The position numbers were made by a program, and so were the translations under genes. This document shows, piece by piece, positions 62,890-64,000 of a stretch of DNA of 64,000 nucleotides. Within the stretch, counting starts at the first letter, position 1, and every line of letters begins with the position of its first letter. This stretch comes from Clostridia bacterium. Lineage in GTDB: Bacteria; Bacillota; Clostridia; Christensenellales; JBMNLC01. The notes below the pieces were generated by a model. The model saw only the letters and a list, made by a program, of their open reading frames with translations, did not search any database and was not told the DNA's origin. The stretch lies in NCBI GenBank assembly GCA_050952525.1, contig JBMNLC010000004.1:102437-166436 (forward strand). Reading direction: 5' to 3'.

Positions 62890-64000
62890 ATGAGAAACAA
62901 GATTGCTATGAAGGTTCCCCTGGTGGAAATGGATGGAGATGAAATGACGAGAATCATCTGGAAGATGATTAAGGATATCCTGTTGGAACCATACATCGAT
63001 TTAAAGACGGAATATTATGATCTTGGGCTGAAAAAGCGAGACGAAACAAACGATCAAATCACAGTCGATGCAGCCATGGCCATTAAGAAATATGGGGTGG
63101 GTGTGAAGTGTGCAACCATTACGCCCAATGCCCAACGAGTGGAGGAGTATGGCTTAAAGGAGATGTGGAAAAGCCCGAATGCAACCATTCGTGCCATTTT
63201 GGACGGTACCGTATTCCGGACGCCTATTATGCTGGAATCGATTGAGCCCTTCGTAAAGACATGGAAGAAACCGATTACCATTGCCCGGCACGCATATGGG
63301 GACGTATACAAAAATGTTGAATTTTACGTTCAGGGACCCGGTAAAGTAGAGCTGGTATACACTTCTGAAACAGGAGAGGAATCCAGGCTGCTTGTCCATG
63401 AATTCGAAGGGCCGGGAGTCGTACAGGGTATGCATAACCTGGATGAGTCCATCGAAAGCTTTGCCAGATCCTGTTTCAACTATGCTTTGGATCTGAAGCA
63501 GGATCTTTGGTTTGCAACGAAGGATACAATATCTAAGGTATATGACCATCGTTTTAAGGATATCTTTCAGGAGATTTATGACAGGGATTATAAAGATGCT
63601 TTTGAAGATGCAGGAATTGAATATTTCTATACCTTGATCGATGACGCGGTTGCGCGCATAATTCGTTCAGAAGGTGGCATGATTTGGGCATGCAAAAATT
63701 ACGATGGAGATGTAATGTCCGATATGGTGGCTAACGCCTTTGGCAGTCTCGCCATGATGACGTCTGTACTGGTATCACCGGATGGCTGCTATGAGTACGA
63801 AGCTGCCCATGGCACGGTAACCCGTCACTATTACAGGCATCTAAAGGGGGAAGTAACCTCTACCAATGCGATGGCCACCTTGTTTGCATGGACCGGTGCC
63901 TTACGCAAACGGGGTGAACTGGATGGTATTGAGGATCTGGTCTCTTTTGCAGACATTCTGGAGAAGACATCCATCCAGGTCATTGAGGGAGGAATCATGA
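62890..64000 (+). CDS. icd: NADP-dependent isocitrate dehydrogenase (eukaryotic-like subfamily), 3'-truncated by the window end
   Basis: Not in the ORF track because no stop lies in the window. Hand translation gives [24 protein letters not shown]...TITPN...IARHAYGD...[10 protein letters not shown]..., with a GAAAGGAAG RBS. Confidence 0.9.
   Translation, partial: MRNKIAMKVPLVEMDGDEMTRIIWKMIKDILLEPYIDLKTEYYDLGLKKRDETNDQITVDAAMAIKKYGVGVKCATITPNAQRVEEYGLKEMWKSPNATIRAILDGTVFRTPIMLESIEPFVKTWKKPITIARHAYGDVYKNVEFYVQGPGKVELVYTSETGEESRLLVHEFEGPGVVQGMHNLDESIESFARSCFNYALDLKQDLWFATKDTISKVYDHRFKDIFQEIYDRDYKDAFEDAGIEYFYTLIDDAVARIIRSEGGMIWACKNYDGDVMSDMVANAFGSLAMMTSVLVSPDGCYEYEAAHGTVTRHYYRHLKGEVTSTNAMATLFAWTGALRKRGELDGIEDLVSFADILEKTSIQVIEGGIM

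Overview
64-kb chromosomal segment from what looks like a spore-forming Firmicute (Gram-positive-type RBSs, CotF-like coat protein, ydaO-type riboswitch). Carbohydrate-catabolic accessory loci dominate. (1) 1-12.8 kb: FucI-like isomerase plus ribulokinase, three URO-D-like paralogs, deoC, and a Gfo/Idh/MocA - TIM barrel - TIM barrel - Gfo/Idh/MocA cassette. (2) sbcD-sbcC followed by a fourth URO-D-like paralog. (3) csoR-copA-copZ copper operon behind a perfect CsoR-type palindrome. (4) A lone IlvD/Edd dehydratase and a Na/Pi-cotransporter-family gene. (5) An eight-gene operon with no assignable substrate: M55 peptidase-like, HAD, deoxyhypusine-synthase-like, PfkB kinase, FGGY kinase, Zn-ADH, class II aldolase, Gfo/Idh/MocA. 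(6) A decaying LacI / solute-binding protein / sulfatase locus; with the GH144-like gene at 50.4 kb, about 10 frameshifts fall in five genes while every other gene is intact. (7) DEDDh exonuclease-pdp, GH2 beta-galactosidase, DapA-family lyase, the frameshifted GH144-like gene, rhaA, an FGGY kinase and a phosphohexomutase. (8) A c-di-AMP (ydaO) riboswitch ahead of an SH3/PG-binding/NlpC-P60 hydrolase, then an oxidoreductase, an unlisted 48-aa Lys-rich ORF, an MFS transporter and a 3'-truncated NADP-isocitrate dehydrogenase. I recognised no rRNA, tRNA, CRISPR array, transposase or integrase. All functions are read from motifs in the supplied translations; no database search was possible.
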